NCBI GenBank assembly: GCA_963713615.1
Contig: CAVQMM010000001.1
Coordinates: 2,560,001 to 2,624,000, forward strand
Length of the DNA: 64,000 nt
Reading direction: 5' to 3'
Source of the DNA: an uncultured Chlamydiae bacterium
GTDB lineage: Bacteria > Chlamydiota > Chlamydiia > Chlamydiales > JAJFMA01
Positions 52,301-61,848 of this stretch are shown here, piece after piece. Each line of letters opens with the position of its first letter. Position 1 is the first letter of the stretch. Under the pieces are notes generated by a model, which did no database searches, was not told the origin of the DNA, and saw only the letters and a list, made by a program, of their open reading frames with translations. The translations under genes were made by a program, and so were the position numbers.

Positions 52301-52402
52301 GTTTGATCTACTGCTGTCCTGAAAATCTGAATTAGAATTCAGGCGTTGATTTCTGTTTGTATTGAGACGATTACTATTATATAAATCATTAACATTATCC
52401 AT
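49310..52402 (-). CDS. RAP-domain protein with helical repeats and an N-terminal RG/N/S-rich disordered region
   Basis: C-terminal SLLQQEI...YSVDI....LIEVDGPSH...LK; ~40-aa helical repeats (F...EL..A.A.SK); RGG motifs. Confidence 0.75.
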   Translation of the reverse strand: MDNVNDLYNSNRLNTNRNQRLNSNSDFQDSSRSNRGNFNRSTDREYSPQNDRRDHPPRSTYRGRGFSRGGGDGHTYRGNRNTNSNSSSSNFNRMDYGNSNRFPAPQDSPSPHYGGRDIGRGGSHSDRRVSNITRGTFPKPFQSSRGDNRNIGEQDVVDTNQAYERLNGNCTLQDLQKVSKNSKRMNLLCSGAIAMAICKLSNEGERADQETLRKFTDQLDLRITRRLENRFITRGYDDFRPKNISNMVNNLGMLPEKQGFKITVLNLLKILNNDSLNSFDIGMIVNGIAKFDYGPEELLIIQTRLLDLTNKALTMIETFELSHLILFAKGMSNFEYEGADAVPIRNLIVTTAKIISDNIGKCNNLDLDKAIRPLFKKDCSENELPVLINAGINISKKIISENLVGEIKIAELATLISFLSKQELSLDECKLVRRLFESIATQSIVNVNEFSAKVLLMFANSMSKFTFSEEELLAIQPFALALAKRATYSLGNMEFSQAVVIASALSRPQFCDDNLGTIQEFLANVAKRGDTDMKTLDERGLAMLVSVFSNYKFNPEQEISVHQCISGILILLNSNSFTFSNRSLAILCSTLVKCGFTVAQRAVAHEIVMKFAGRSKDCITTFKARELTMMTGGFSKIDFEAQDGLQEITSLMVLIAKELKEKLKDVDHLGLAVAANAFAKFQFDEADTATIRSLMVAIAQEAATRADELTPLNIGMILKGLSSLHYVKMARREVKLHVASLLELASRRIDTFDPSSISAMASGLSSLEVFGDNVVIAQNFVSKLAERAFSNPNAFQLPELAVVANACARRGVNTVQCPSMVKFAEKTNLAAQYGSEEMSLLLHSFASLGLLNETFLTECLKEVNPDVLSDEYLAQLKQVYLECCEVLKWSQDLWPKELVEAIEMLDIPSTTCVSLLQQEIFDAIEVLGYEPVSESKIESYSVDIHIPKHNLLIEVDGPSHRDFPGKDKLKMRFLRSRNYGMKIINLLEYSRMNSAQKNNYLVRILPKKRKYYDGRNELAEDACQILTPRH

Positions 52403-52565
52403 GAATTAACCTAAGGCAAAGTTTACTTATTATTTTTTGCTTTTGTTTACTTTACGTTTTTCTACTATTACTGTCAATAGCACAATTAAGTGCATAGAAA
52501 ATTCTAATTTGTGCGGTTCGATTCTTCGTAGTTAAGTGTCAATATCTTACACATCAGCGAATAAC

Positions 52566-52663
52566 ACGCGCGCAGCGCTCTGTAGCCTGGAGTGCGGTGG
52601 CTTGCCACCGCACTCCATGTGGCGCAGTCATTCCATGACTGCGAGAACGGTTGAAATTACCTC
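52566..52663. repeat. Composite remnant: collapsed family B hairpin + family E REP + possible family A end
   Basis: GGAGTGCGGTGGCTTGCCACCGCACTCC (52589-52616), family E (52617-52644), TTGAAATTACCTC (52651-52663). Confidence 0.6.
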
Positions 52664-52689
52664 ATGAGCTGGACTATGTCCTCATCGTC

Positions 52690-53214
52690 TCAACCACCAG
52701 TTTCGAGTTGTCGAGACCTGGAGGGCCGATCCATCATATAGAGCTCTAGAAGTGCGAAGGCTCCCAGAACGACAAAAACCACAAAGACATAGGGTGGGAT
52801 TGCATAATGAAAGGTAAGTGCCATAAGCACAAAAAACTGAAAAGAGGTGACGACTTTACCGCTCCAAATGGCCCTAACAAAATACTTGCCCCATTCTCCA
52901 GCAAAGTAAAGGTAGGTAGCAAAGATAACGACAGCAAAGTCTCGTCCAAGCATAGCGGCCATCTGAAGAGGTGTCAAATTCCCCTCCAAGATGAAGACAA
53001 TGAATAGAAAAACGACGAAAAATTTGTCCATCAGAGGGTCAAGGACAGCCCCTAGCTGACTGGTGTTGCGAAAGCGTCGTGCAAAATACCCATCCATGCA
53101 ATCGGTAAGCATGGCCAAAATGATGGCAACGCATCTGAGCGTTTGATTTTCGCTCAAGAAGGCAAACGCCAAGGGCGCGCGAAGAAGAGATAAGAGATTG
53201 GAAACATTGATCAT
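52690..53214 (-). CDS. CDP-alcohol phosphatidyltransferase (PgsA-like)
   Basis: SNLLSLLR, TDCMDGYFARR...SQLGAVLDPLMDK. Confidence 0.88.
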   Translation of the reverse strand: MINVSNLLSLLRAPLAFAFLSENQTLRCVAIILAMLTDCMDGYFARRFRNTSQLGAVLDPLMDKFFVVFLFIVFILEGNLTPLQMAAMLGRDFAVVIFATYLYFAGEWGKYFVRAIWSGKVVTSFQFFVLMALTFHYAIPPYVFVVFVVLGAFALLELYMMDRPSRSRQLETGG

Positions 53215-53255
53215 TATAAGGCTTTGATTGCTCCTATACACCCATGCGTGGTCTA

Positions 53256-53873
53256 TTAGAAACAGCTCCTTGCCCACCTCCTATAGCTGACAACTCCGAT
53301 GATAGTAATCACTAGCAATACCACAAGGCTAAGGATCACCTCTTCATAAGTTCGAAAATAGTGAAATAGTACATGATAGTTTTCCCCAAACGAATACCCA
53401 ATCTGATAAAGCACAGAGATCGCACATAAGGCTCCGAGGCCATCCCGAAAAATAAAGCGAGGGAATGGCATGCGCCATAAGCCACACGTCATAAATAAGC
53501 AATTGCGCAACCCTAGCGGCATAAAACGTCCGATTAAAAAAGTAAAAATCCCATATCTTTCCACCCAATCACCCGCTTTATGAACACGAACAGGAGTAAC
53601 AACACGACGAAATAAGGCCATGTCATAGAGCTTGGGTCCCAGTATTCGACCCAACCAGTAAGCCTCATACGCCGATAAAATTGCGGCTAGGTAGAGCCAT
53701 CCCCACATCAGCCAGTAATGCTGTGGGACACAAGTGCTCACCAAAACACCACCTAGCATGACCAAAATATCCTCACTGAAAGGCAAATTCAACCCTGCCA
53801 GCAGGATTAGACCAAAGATCACATAGTGAGCTTGGCCTGCGTTATTACATAAAAATGTGGCTATTGACTCCAT
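53256..53873 (-). CDS. DedA family membrane protein
   Basis: LPFSED, YWLGR, IGRFMPLGLR. Confidence 0.88.
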   Translation of the reverse strand: MESIATFLCNNAGQAHYVIFGLILLAGLNLPFSEDILVMLGGVLVSTCVPQHYWLMWGWLYLAAILSAYEAYWLGRILGPKLYDMALFRRVVTPVRVHKAGDWVERYGIFTFLIGRFMPLGLRNCLFMTCGLWRMPFPRFIFRDGLGALCAISVLYQIGYSFGENYHVLFHYFRTYEEVILSLVVLLVITIIGVVSYRRWARSCF

Positions 53874-53982
53874 GCGTCCGGCGTAAAAAAAAAATTCCTG
53901 GATCTTTCCCAACTCCTATGATAAGAGGAGGTTTTTCATTGTAACCCGCTAGGGGTGAAAAACTCAAGGTCCCCCCGCTATC

Positions 53983-55995
53983 ATGAATTCCAACCTGCTA
54001 TCATCTCCTCGCACCAGTGATCCCGCAGTGCACGGTTGGGCTATCGCCACGCGTGGCAGTCAAGATCACCCGTTGTGTCTAACCGAAGCCGCTCGGTCTC
54101 CATTAGTTCTCCAGTTGGAGCCGTACATAGGCGACTACTTGTTACCGATAGACCTGCGTTTGAAGAAGCCTTTTCGAGCTGTCTGTCATCATATCTACTC
54201 CAAAGAAGATTCCTACACGACGCCTCGCTTTATTTCACGATTACCTGAGATCTCTCCACATAGTTTTTTATTACTGGCTGAAGATGCTACTGGATATACA
54301 TGCCTTTGGTGCCTCTCTCATGCCGATCAAGTTGTGGAACTATTGCCCCTCGATGACGATACCATTTTATGTAAAGCGACCAGCGGTACCAGTCGCCGTG
54401 CAAACCAGCCCCGTCCGGCATTGGTGTGTGTCAAAGGGTCCGATCCCTACGCTACTCTTGAGCAGGCGATCTCGATCGCTTTACAACTGACTAGTGGGCA
54501 TGGAAAACTCTATGCCGATAAACCTGCCCCTCCGCCATGGTTGCGCTGTCTGGGTTGGAACTCACGCCTTTACTGTGGATGTTCACCAACACACGATAAA
54601 ATTATCGCGGCGGTACGAAGTCTTCGCGATGAGGGACAATCTCCCACCTATGTGATGATCGAGGAAGGTTGGCAGCAGCTGGCTGTGAACTCTAAAGATC
54701 GTCTATTACGTCCCTGCCTCTCTAGCTTTGATGCCGATAATAAACGTTTCCCCTATGGTCTTAGGGGATTAGTTGAAGCGCTACACCAGCTCGGTGTTAC
54801 TCAGGTAGGTGTGTGGCATGCCATCATGGGCGCACGTCATGGCATTCATCCCGACATCGCACGTCGCTATAATTTACCGCCTGATGACCAGGGCCGGTTT
54901 CTGCTAGGATACCACCTCGGACAGACGTTTGAATTTTTTAGCGATTACTATGGCCATCTACGCGAACAAGGCATTACCTTTGTAAAAGTCGGCGACCAAA
55001 TTAGCACCCGCACCTACCATCGTCCTGGAATGGATCTGACCCTTCTTCACCAAAACCTGCAGATTGCCCTCCAAGGAGCCACGGGAATTCACTTCAATAT
55101 AGGCCATTTAAATACCGATTGTTTAAATAGTGAAAACCTTCTCTATTGGACAACCTCAGCGATAGCGCGTGCCGCCGAAGATATCGATCGAGCTAACCCT
55201 GTGGGCATCGCGCGGTCTATCCGCAATAATTTGTCCAACGCGCTCTGGTTGCATTCACTGATGCTTCCCGATTTCGATACGTGGCGCACTGATGCCGATC
55301 CGCATGATATTTTGGCGACCTTTCATGCACTTAGTGGCTCCTTGGTTGCGGTAGGAGATGCCCCAGGGCATTGCCTTAAGACAACTCTCAATAAAATGGT
55401 CTTGCCCTCTGGCAAAATCATGAGTGCTGACGCTCCCTTAACGCTGTGCCGCGACTCAATCTTCTGTAATCCCCTGGAGGAAAAACAAGCTTACAAAGCC
55501 TTTACGCACAAGGGAAGCGCTGGTGTGATTGCCGCCTTTAATTTATGCGCTGGTAGGCATACCTTGCATGGTCGTGTGGCGAGTAGCGACATCGAAAAAT
55601 TACCGGGTGAACGCTTTGCCGTTTTTAGCCATCTTCATGGCTTCGTTGCCGTGGTAGATGCTGGCGAAGCCATTGAGATAACCCTCAAACCTAAGCAGTC
55701 TGATATCTTCATATTCGCTCCAGTCAATCATGGTGTGGCAATCCTTGGGTGTCATCAACTGTTTCTACCGCCTGGACCTATCAACGAGGTGGTCATAGAA
55801 GATGAAAGTGTACACATCAGTTCACTCATCGCTGCACCCCTGCTTCTCTATTGCGAAAGACAGGTCCTAGAAGTGCGCTGCAATGGACAAGTCGTCCCTT
55901 GGGCACATGATGCTAGAAGACACCTCCTTAGCCTTGATGAACGCACACACATCGAGGAAACCTCCTCCATGTACTCTATTCTGTTCGAAGCGTAG
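53983..55995 (+). CDS. Sip1/raffinose synthase-like (GH36) protein
   Basis: LGWNS, MIEEGWQ, RFPYGL, VGVWHA..G, FVKVGDQ, PDFD, HALSG...VGDAPGH. Confidence 0.75.
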   Translation: MNSNLLSSPRTSDPAVHGWAIATRGSQDHPLCLTEAARSPLVLQLEPYIGDYLLPIDLRLKKPFRAVCHHIYSKEDSYTTPRFISRLPEISPHSFLLLAEDATGYTCLWCLSHADQVVELLPLDDDTILCKATSGTSRRANQPRPALVCVKGSDPYATLEQAISIALQLTSGHGKLYADKPAPPPWLRCLGWNSRLYCGCSPTHDKIIAAVRSLRDEGQSPTYVMIEEGWQQLAVNSKDRLLRPCLSSFDADNKRFPYGLRGLVEALHQLGVTQVGVWHAIMGARHGIHPDIARRYNLPPDDQGRFLLGYHLGQTFEFFSDYYGHLREQGITFVKVGDQISTRTYHRPGMDLTLLHQNLQIALQGATGIHFNIGHLNTDCLNSENLLYWTTSAIARAAEDIDRANPVGIARSIRNNLSNALWLHSLMLPDFDTWRTDADPHDILATFHALSGSLVAVGDAPGHCLKTTLNKMVLPSGKIMSADAPLTLCRDSIFCNPLEEKQAYKAFTHKGSAGVIAAFNLCAGRHTLHGRVASSDIEKLPGERFAVFSHLHGFVAVVDAGEAIEITLKPKQSDIFIFAPVNHGVAILGCHQLFLPPGPINEVVIEDESVHISSLIAAPLLLYCERQVLEVRCNGQVVPWAHDARRHLLSLDERTHIEETSSMYSILFEA

Positions 55996-56181
55996 ACATT
56001 TTCTAACACTATTCTTCCTCTATTTTTTAAATCTTAACATTCCGCTTAAGAAATAAAAATATCTATCATCAATACTTTACCATTAAAGTTATTAATTTTT
56101 TACATTAATTAAAGATCTGTATTATCGCTCAACAGACAAACTTACTTTTAAACAAAGACAATCAAATTTAGGAGTTATTGA

Positions 56182-57819
56182 ATGGATATCATTAGATCGC
56201 TTGTTCCCTGGTCAATCGCGGCGCCACCTCCCGCACCAACTTTTGGAGAGAAGGCAGTAAAAGTTGCCATTTTCACTGGAAAGATTGTCGTACGTGGACT
56301 CGCTGCAGCAGCGGTTTTGTATGTCACTGGACTAGCATTATCACAACTGGGTCATGCGTTAGCAGGAGCTGCCACTTCAGGCTCATTTACAGCGTCTTCT
56401 CTAGAACTTGCTTCAAAGGCTCTAGTCAGCACTGCTGATGTCGTCAGCTGGCTAGGAGGCGTGGTATTTAAGTGCATCGCCGTCCCTATTTACGCTGTGG
56501 GTTATGTGTTGCCGCGGTGGATTATCACCGAAGGACTGCCACAACTGGCTACAGATCTTCGAACCATTGCTGTCATGGCTACCGATATCGCTTGGCAAAG
56601 TCTTCAGTGGCTTGCTCGCGAGGTGATTGCGCCTGCCGCCGAATTCGTGATTACGGTACTCAAGGAACTTCCAAGCTTCCTCAAATCGGTCGCTGAGACC
56701 ATTTTTGCGCATGTTCTCCAACCTGTCTATACCTATCTTGTCCAACCGGCATACCAGTTTGCCGTACAAACTTTGCAAACAATTGGCACTATCTTGGCGG
56801 ACTCGTTAGCTTGGTCCTTTGATAAGATAGTGACGTGCCTGTACATGGCTAAAGATGCCATAACCTATGTTTTCTCCCAGGCCGTTGATACGTTAATCTA
56901 TATGTCTGATCTGGCCTGCCGAGCGTGGAGTAATATCCGTCCAATGGCTGAGTGGGTCGTGCAAGAAGTCATCCATCCTGCAATACAGGGTCTTGTGGAC
57001 GGCTGCACATGGATAGGCAACAATGTTCTGCAACCCCTCGCAGAGGCTGCAAAAACAGCAGTTGTGTGGATGGCCACGACAATGCTTGAATGCGCCAAAA
57101 CGGCGTGGGGATATCTAACATTGGCCATGGAAACAGCTGCTCTGTGGGCAAAAACACTCCTAGAGGGTGCAGAGATGTTGGCTCGTTGGACTTTTACCAA
57201 TGTGATTTCGCCTGCTTTGGAGACTGGTATCTGGGCCTTAAAACAAGCGTGGCAAGCGACTTCCTATCTTGTTGAGCAAATATTTCACACCATCTCCAAG
57301 CTGTGGAACACCACCGCTGCGGCGATTGAATGGCTAAGAGACCGCATTGTTATTCCTGCGATCACGGCAGCGATCGAAGCTGTTGTTTGGGTAGCAAAAA
57401 ACGCTATCTGGCCAGTCATTAGTGGTGCATACAGCATTTTGAGCTGGATTGCCATGAAAATTGTTGTACCAGCAGCTATGAACCTGTGGTATTTGGCTCA
57501 GCATGCTCTCAATGGGATGATCAGCATTGGATCAGTTATTGCTAATACCGCCGGAAACCTTTGTCAGTGGGTAGTAGATACTCTACCACCGATATTGCAA
57601 ACGGTAGCAGATGCTGCAAGCAGTGTGTGGATGACCGCTAGTGTTGTCTTTGAGCAGACAGTACAGCCAGTATTAACCTCTCTTCAAGAGGGATTGTGGA
57701 CCGCCCTAAACGTAACGCAGACATCACTTGTTTCGCTACACGAATGGATCGTGGAAACGCTACAAGAGCTTGGTAATAGCATTGTAGCAACCTTCAACTC
57801 TCTTCCTAAGCCGGTGTAA
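56182..57819 (+). CDS. Hypothetical protein with periodic Trp-containing amphipathic helical repeats
   Basis: RBS AGGAG; W...I.P motifs recurring every ~11/22 aa; hydrophobic N-terminal region. Confidence 0.7.
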   Translation: MDIIRSLVPWSIAAPPPAPTFGEKAVKVAIFTGKIVVRGLAAAAVLYVTGLALSQLGHALAGAATSGSFTASSLELASKALVSTADVVSWLGGVVFKCIAVPIYAVGYVLPRWIITEGLPQLATDLRTIAVMATDIAWQSLQWLAREVIAPAAEFVITVLKELPSFLKSVAETIFAHVLQPVYTYLVQPAYQFAVQTLQTIGTILADSLAWSFDKIVTCLYMAKDAITYVFSQAVDTLIYMSDLACRAWSNIRPMAEWVVQEVIHPAIQGLVDGCTWIGNNVLQPLAEAAKTAVVWMATTMLECAKTAWGYLTLAMETAALWAKTLLEGAEMLARWTFTNVISPALETGIWALKQAWQATSYLVEQIFHTISKLWNTTAAAIEWLRDRIVIPAITAAIEAVVWVAKNAIWPVISGAYSILSWIAMKIVVPAAMNLWYLAQHALNGMISIGSVIANTAGNLCQWVVDTLPPILQTVADAASSVWMTASVVFEQTVQPVLTSLQEGLWTALNVTQTSLVSLHEWIVETLQELGNSIVATFNSLPKPV

Positions 57820-57840
57820 ACAAGTTTTGAATTTGTCTCT

Positions 57841-57928
57841 ATGGACTAATTGGACGAACTGGACTGAATGGACAAATTGGACAAAAGTCCATTTTTGTCC
57901 AATTCGTCCATTCGGTCCAGTTCGTCCA
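57841..57928. repeat. GGAC/GTCC 9-mer palindromic repeat (family C) between convergent genes
   Basis: Five TGGAC units at 9-nt period followed by five GTCC units. Confidence 0.8.
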
Positions 57929-57947
57929 CAGCCCCAGGCCATGCGTG

Positions 57948-59483
57948 CTATTTGGCTTCTAGGTTAGCTTCCTGATCCTCTTCGACTAGGCAGAAGGTGC
58001 AGTCGCCAATATCATAGCCCTTCTTGAGCATATCGAGCTTCTTCCTAGAAATACCACCGACAAACTCAATAGTCTTTAAAAAGCGCGCGCGCGCTGTGAA
58101 CTTACCCAATATGCCTACAGAATCAAACAATGGAGGCCCGAAACGCTTGCCCATGATACTCGCAAACAACAATGGCATCACAACCTTTTTGTGGTTTACG
58201 CTGAAGAGCTTTGCCACTTCCTTGGATGCTTCAAATAATGCTGTAGAGCCCCAATCCTCTGCGACATCTAACTTCCATATGATTGTCTGGAAGATATAAG
58301 CCACCTGAGGTAGGGTGAGAGCATCTACTTTGAAAAGCTCAGGCGTATACTTGAGGTCATTGATAAAAAAGAAATCGCATAAATCAAAGAAGTCACCGAA
58401 ATTCTTGATGCGCGTATGAATCAAAGGCATCAATTTGGAAATTCGATCATCTCTAAAACTCCATTCTTGGAGGCGTCCCCACAACTGATCTACAGGAATG
58501 TTATTGATGATATAGTGCTGATTAAGCCAATCAAGCTTTTTAAGGTCAAATACTGCCCCAGAAACACCCACGCGAGAGACATCAAATTCTTTGATGAATT
58601 CCTCAAGACCATAAATTTCTTTATCTCCAGGCATGCTATAGCCCATCAAAGACAAGAAATTCAGAAAGGCCTCTGGCAGATATCCAGAATCGCGGTAATA
58701 AAAAATTGAGGTTGGGTTTTTACGCTTCGAGAGCTTCTTGCCGTCAATACCCAAGAGCAAGGGCATGTGCATAAAGACTGGCGGAGTCCATCCAAATGCC
58801 TCATAAAGGTACACGTGCTTTGGTGTGGAACTCATCCATTCATCACCACGAATGACATGCGTAATCTGCATGAGGAAGTCATCGACAACATTGGCCAGAT
58901 GATATGTCGGAAAGCCATCAGATTTCATCAATACTTGATCATCCACGTCGGCCCAAGGCACCGATATGCGTCCCTTGATGGCGTCTTGATAAACACACTC
59001 ACCGCTTAATGGTACCTTCAGACGTATCGTATAAGACTGACCAGCATCCTGCCGCAGCTGGATCTCTGCCGGGCTTAGATTGCGGTAACGACGGTCATAG
59101 CCGCTACGCTCACCTTGTGCAGCCATCACCTCACGCATTTCCTGCAGTTCCTCGGGTGTGGCAAAGCACTTATAGGCTTTTCCCTGATCCAAAAGTTTCT
59201 GACAATGCTTGCGGTAAATTTCCGTTCGTTCCGACTGACGATAAGGTCCATAGGGTCCGCCAACATCAGGTCCCTCATCCCAGTGAATCTGGCACCAATT
59301 CAAGCTATCAAAAATGCTCTGCTCGTACTCTGGCCGGCTACGGGTGCGGTCGGTATCTTCAATTCGTAAAATAAACTTCCCGCCATGATGTTTAGCAAAA
59401 ACCATGTTAAAAAGAGCCATGTAAGCTGTGCCTACGTGGGGATCGCCAGTAGGCGAAGGAGCAATACGCACGCGAACGGTCAT
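57948..59483 (-). CDS. gltX: Glutamyl-tRNA synthetase
   Basis: RIAPSPTGDPHVG, LRIEDTD, THVIRGDEW, KLSKR. Confidence 0.97.
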   Translation of the reverse strand: MTVRVRIAPSPTGDPHVGTAYMALFNMVFAKHHGGKFILRIEDTDRTRSRPEYEQSIFDSLNWCQIHWDEGPDVGGPYGPYRQSERTEIYRKHCQKLLDQGKAYKCFATPEELQEMREVMAAQGERSGYDRRYRNLSPAEIQLRQDAGQSYTIRLKVPLSGECVYQDAIKGRISVPWADVDDQVLMKSDGFPTYHLANVVDDFLMQITHVIRGDEWMSSTPKHVYLYEAFGWTPPVFMHMPLLLGIDGKKLSKRKNPTSIFYYRDSGYLPEAFLNFLSLMGYSMPGDKEIYGLEEFIKEFDVSRVGVSGAVFDLKKLDWLNQHYIINNIPVDQLWGRLQEWSFRDDRISKLMPLIHTRIKNFGDFFDLCDFFFINDLKYTPELFKVDALTLPQVAYIFQTIIWKLDVAEDWGSTALFEASKEVAKLFSVNHKKVVMPLLFASIMGKRFGPPLFDSVGILGKFTARARFLKTIEFVGGISRKKLDMLKKGYDIGDCTFCLVEEDQEANLEAK

Positions 59484-59488
59484 AGGAA

Positions 59489-61447
59489 CTAACCTTTATT
59501 AAAATTCATGAACCACAGGAGGTCTCTCATGATGTTGTAAGTTTCGTTTAATTGAAAATCATTTTGGACAAGCTTGTCAGCGGCATCATCTTCGTCGATG
59601 TCTTTGTCCTTGTCTTTGTTCATTACCTCTTTCATGAATGCTGTATAACCCTTGTCTTCTTTGATGCGCAGCTCAGAATTCTTCTTTAGCCGCTCGAGAT
59701 AGGGTTGATACATATCCATGCGAGGTTGGAGGTCGTACCGATATAGCTTCGCAACACGCGCTCGTTGGATAAAGGGGATGTCGAGGAGCTTGTCGTCATA
59801 GCTTGGATCGATGTGATCCGGTGGAAGGGGGTACTTCGACGTCTTTTCGCCTATATCAGAAGCTGCCAAGCTACCGGGAACGACAATATCCGATGCGACA
59901 CCAACCATCTGAGGTGTTTTACCTGAAACGGTGTAGTAGCGACCACGTGTAACTTTGTATTCGCCTTCCGGGTTAACAGCGCTTTCCTGTGTTCCATTCA
60001 AGGTAAAGGTCTGAAAGGATCCCTTACCATAGGAATGATCGTCACCCGCAATAAGCGCCCTTCCATAATCTTGAAGAGCTTGTGCAACGATTTCAGCGGC
60101 GGAGGCACTGGCTTTGTTAATTAGCACGATCATAGGGCCTTGCCAGATGGGCTGTCCCTCTAGATTACGTAAATGCTGCACCTTGCCGGTTTCATCCTTG
60201 ATAGAAACGACAACGCCTTTTTTGATAAATAAACCAGTCACGGTCACGGCTTGTGCTAATAAGCCTCCGGAATTGGAGCGTAGATCAAGAACAACGCCCT
60301 TAACATTATAGTTCTGTTTCATGCGTTTGAGCTCTTTGTCCAAGTCAGCAGTCGAAGAGGTCTCTGGGTCTTGATAGAAGGTATGCAAGCGGAGGTAGGC
60401 GATGACACCATCGCCATAGGGCTCAATAGACGATTCATAGCGCGCATCAGTAATAACCACTTCGCCACGCTCAATAGGGATCTCAATATGCTTTTCCTTG
60501 ACACCATTTTCGCCGTTGTCTTCTTCACGCACAACTGTCAAACGCACAGTGGTTCCATTTTCACCGCGAATAAGTTCAACGGCATCGGAGATGTCCATGC
60601 CTACAATAGGCTCACCATTTACGGCAATAATGCGATCCTTAGTCTTAAGCTTACCATTACGTGCTGCAGGACCTCCTTCTACAATCTTGACGACTGTGAG
60701 GCCCGTGATATCATCGCGGAGTTGCGCTCCAATGCCAAACAAACGCTGTTGGACGCCAATGAGAAATTGCTTGGCTTCATCAGGCGTGAAGTAGTTGGTG
60801 TGCGTGTCGAAGGCTGACGCTGTCGCTTTCAAAACGTTCGAATAAATTTCGAGCTTCTTCTTCGTAACATCTGTCGTCAACACTTCGTCTTCGGATTTGG
60901 CTTGATACTTGTCAATACGCTGCAAAGCTTTTTCTTTCAGCTCAGGAGTCATTTTTTCCGTTACATCGCGCTGCAGAGCTTTAATTTTTTTCAAACGGTC
61001 AATCAAATCTGCTTCAGTAGCCACCCAGTCAGGGTCCTTGAACTCCTTACGATCTACCTTAAGCGGTAGTTGCTCGGGTGTGATCTGCTTCATCAGCAGG
61101 CGTCGGCGCAGAATAGCTTTGCCCATAGCATCCTGAATGGCTGCGAATACTTCATAGTTAGCCGTGTCGTAATCCTTCAATACCTCTTGAATCATCTGAT
61201 CATTGGGATCAACCCACTGCTGAATATCACTCTTGATAAAGTAGGTCTTGGATGGATCTAAAAGCTCCAAATAATTATTAAGAGCTCTTTTGACAATAGT
61301 GGGATCAAGCTGCTTGACCATAGCATGAGCTTGCATAATCTCATTTAGCTTCCTCTTCACCCCCTGGGAATCGATCTCTGGAAGCTTGGCAGCAAAGGCC
61401 AGCGGCATCAAAACTGTAATCAAGACGAAAAGGAATCTTCGAAGCAT
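59489..61447 (-). CDS. tsp: Tail-specific (S41) protease with PDZ domain
   Basis: GIGA PDZ, DLRSNSGG, SASAAEI, YGKGSFQ. Confidence 0.93.
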   Translation of the reverse strand: MLRRFLFVLITVLMPLAFAAKLPEIDSQGVKRKLNEIMQAHAMVKQLDPTIVKRALNNYLELLDPSKTYFIKSDIQQWVDPNDQMIQEVLKDYDTANYEVFAAIQDAMGKAILRRRLLMKQITPEQLPLKVDRKEFKDPDWVATEADLIDRLKKIKALQRDVTEKMTPELKEKALQRIDKYQAKSEDEVLTTDVTKKKLEIYSNVLKATASAFDTHTNYFTPDEAKQFLIGVQQRLFGIGAQLRDDITGLTVVKIVEGGPAARNGKLKTKDRIIAVNGEPIVGMDISDAVELIRGENGTTVRLTVVREEDNGENGVKEKHIEIPIERGEVVITDARYESSIEPYGDGVIAYLRLHTFYQDPETSSTADLDKELKRMKQNYNVKGVVLDLRSNSGGLLAQAVTVTGLFIKKGVVVSIKDETGKVQHLRNLEGQPIWQGPMIVLINKASASAAEIVAQALQDYGRALIAGDDHSYGKGSFQTFTLNGTQESAVNPEGEYKVTRGRYYTVSGKTPQMVGVASDIVVPGSLAASDIGEKTSKYPLPPDHIDPSYDDKLLDIPFIQRARVAKLYRYDLQPRMDMYQPYLERLKKNSELRIKEDKGYTAFMKEVMNKDKDKDIDEDDAADKLVQNDFQLNETYNIMRDLLWFMNFNKG

Positions 61448-61740
61448 TTTTATCTCCACTAGCCGCATCATTGGGGGGCCGGTTATAATAGCCTATTGTT
61501 TATCATAACCCAGGGGTTCTTTTCATTCCAGATTAAGCGCCCGAGAGCAATGAAGGAAAAAAGGTAAAGAAGTGAGGAGGAGAGGAAGGCCAAAAAATCC
61601 TAATCTAGTCTTAATCCCTAATTCCCCTCTGCTTTTCTATTCTCCTACCCATTTTTCTTTCTCTTATGCCTCTTCTTTATCCTCCTCCTAGGACAACAAA
61701 TAAAAATTTTCGATCTCGCTACACTTTTTTGCAAAAAAGC

Positions 61741-61768
61741 TTGCCTTCAATTCATTAATATGTAAAAT
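61741..61768 (+). promoter_or_regulatory. Putative sigma66 promoter of euo
   Basis: TTGCCT-N16-TAAAAT about 80 nt upstream of the euo start. Confidence 0.4.
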
Positions 61769-61848
61769 AGATGTTTCGATATTATGAATCAGTTAACTGT
61801 TTGAAGAGTTTTAAAGATTATTTAAAGGAATGGCAATAAGGAACAATC

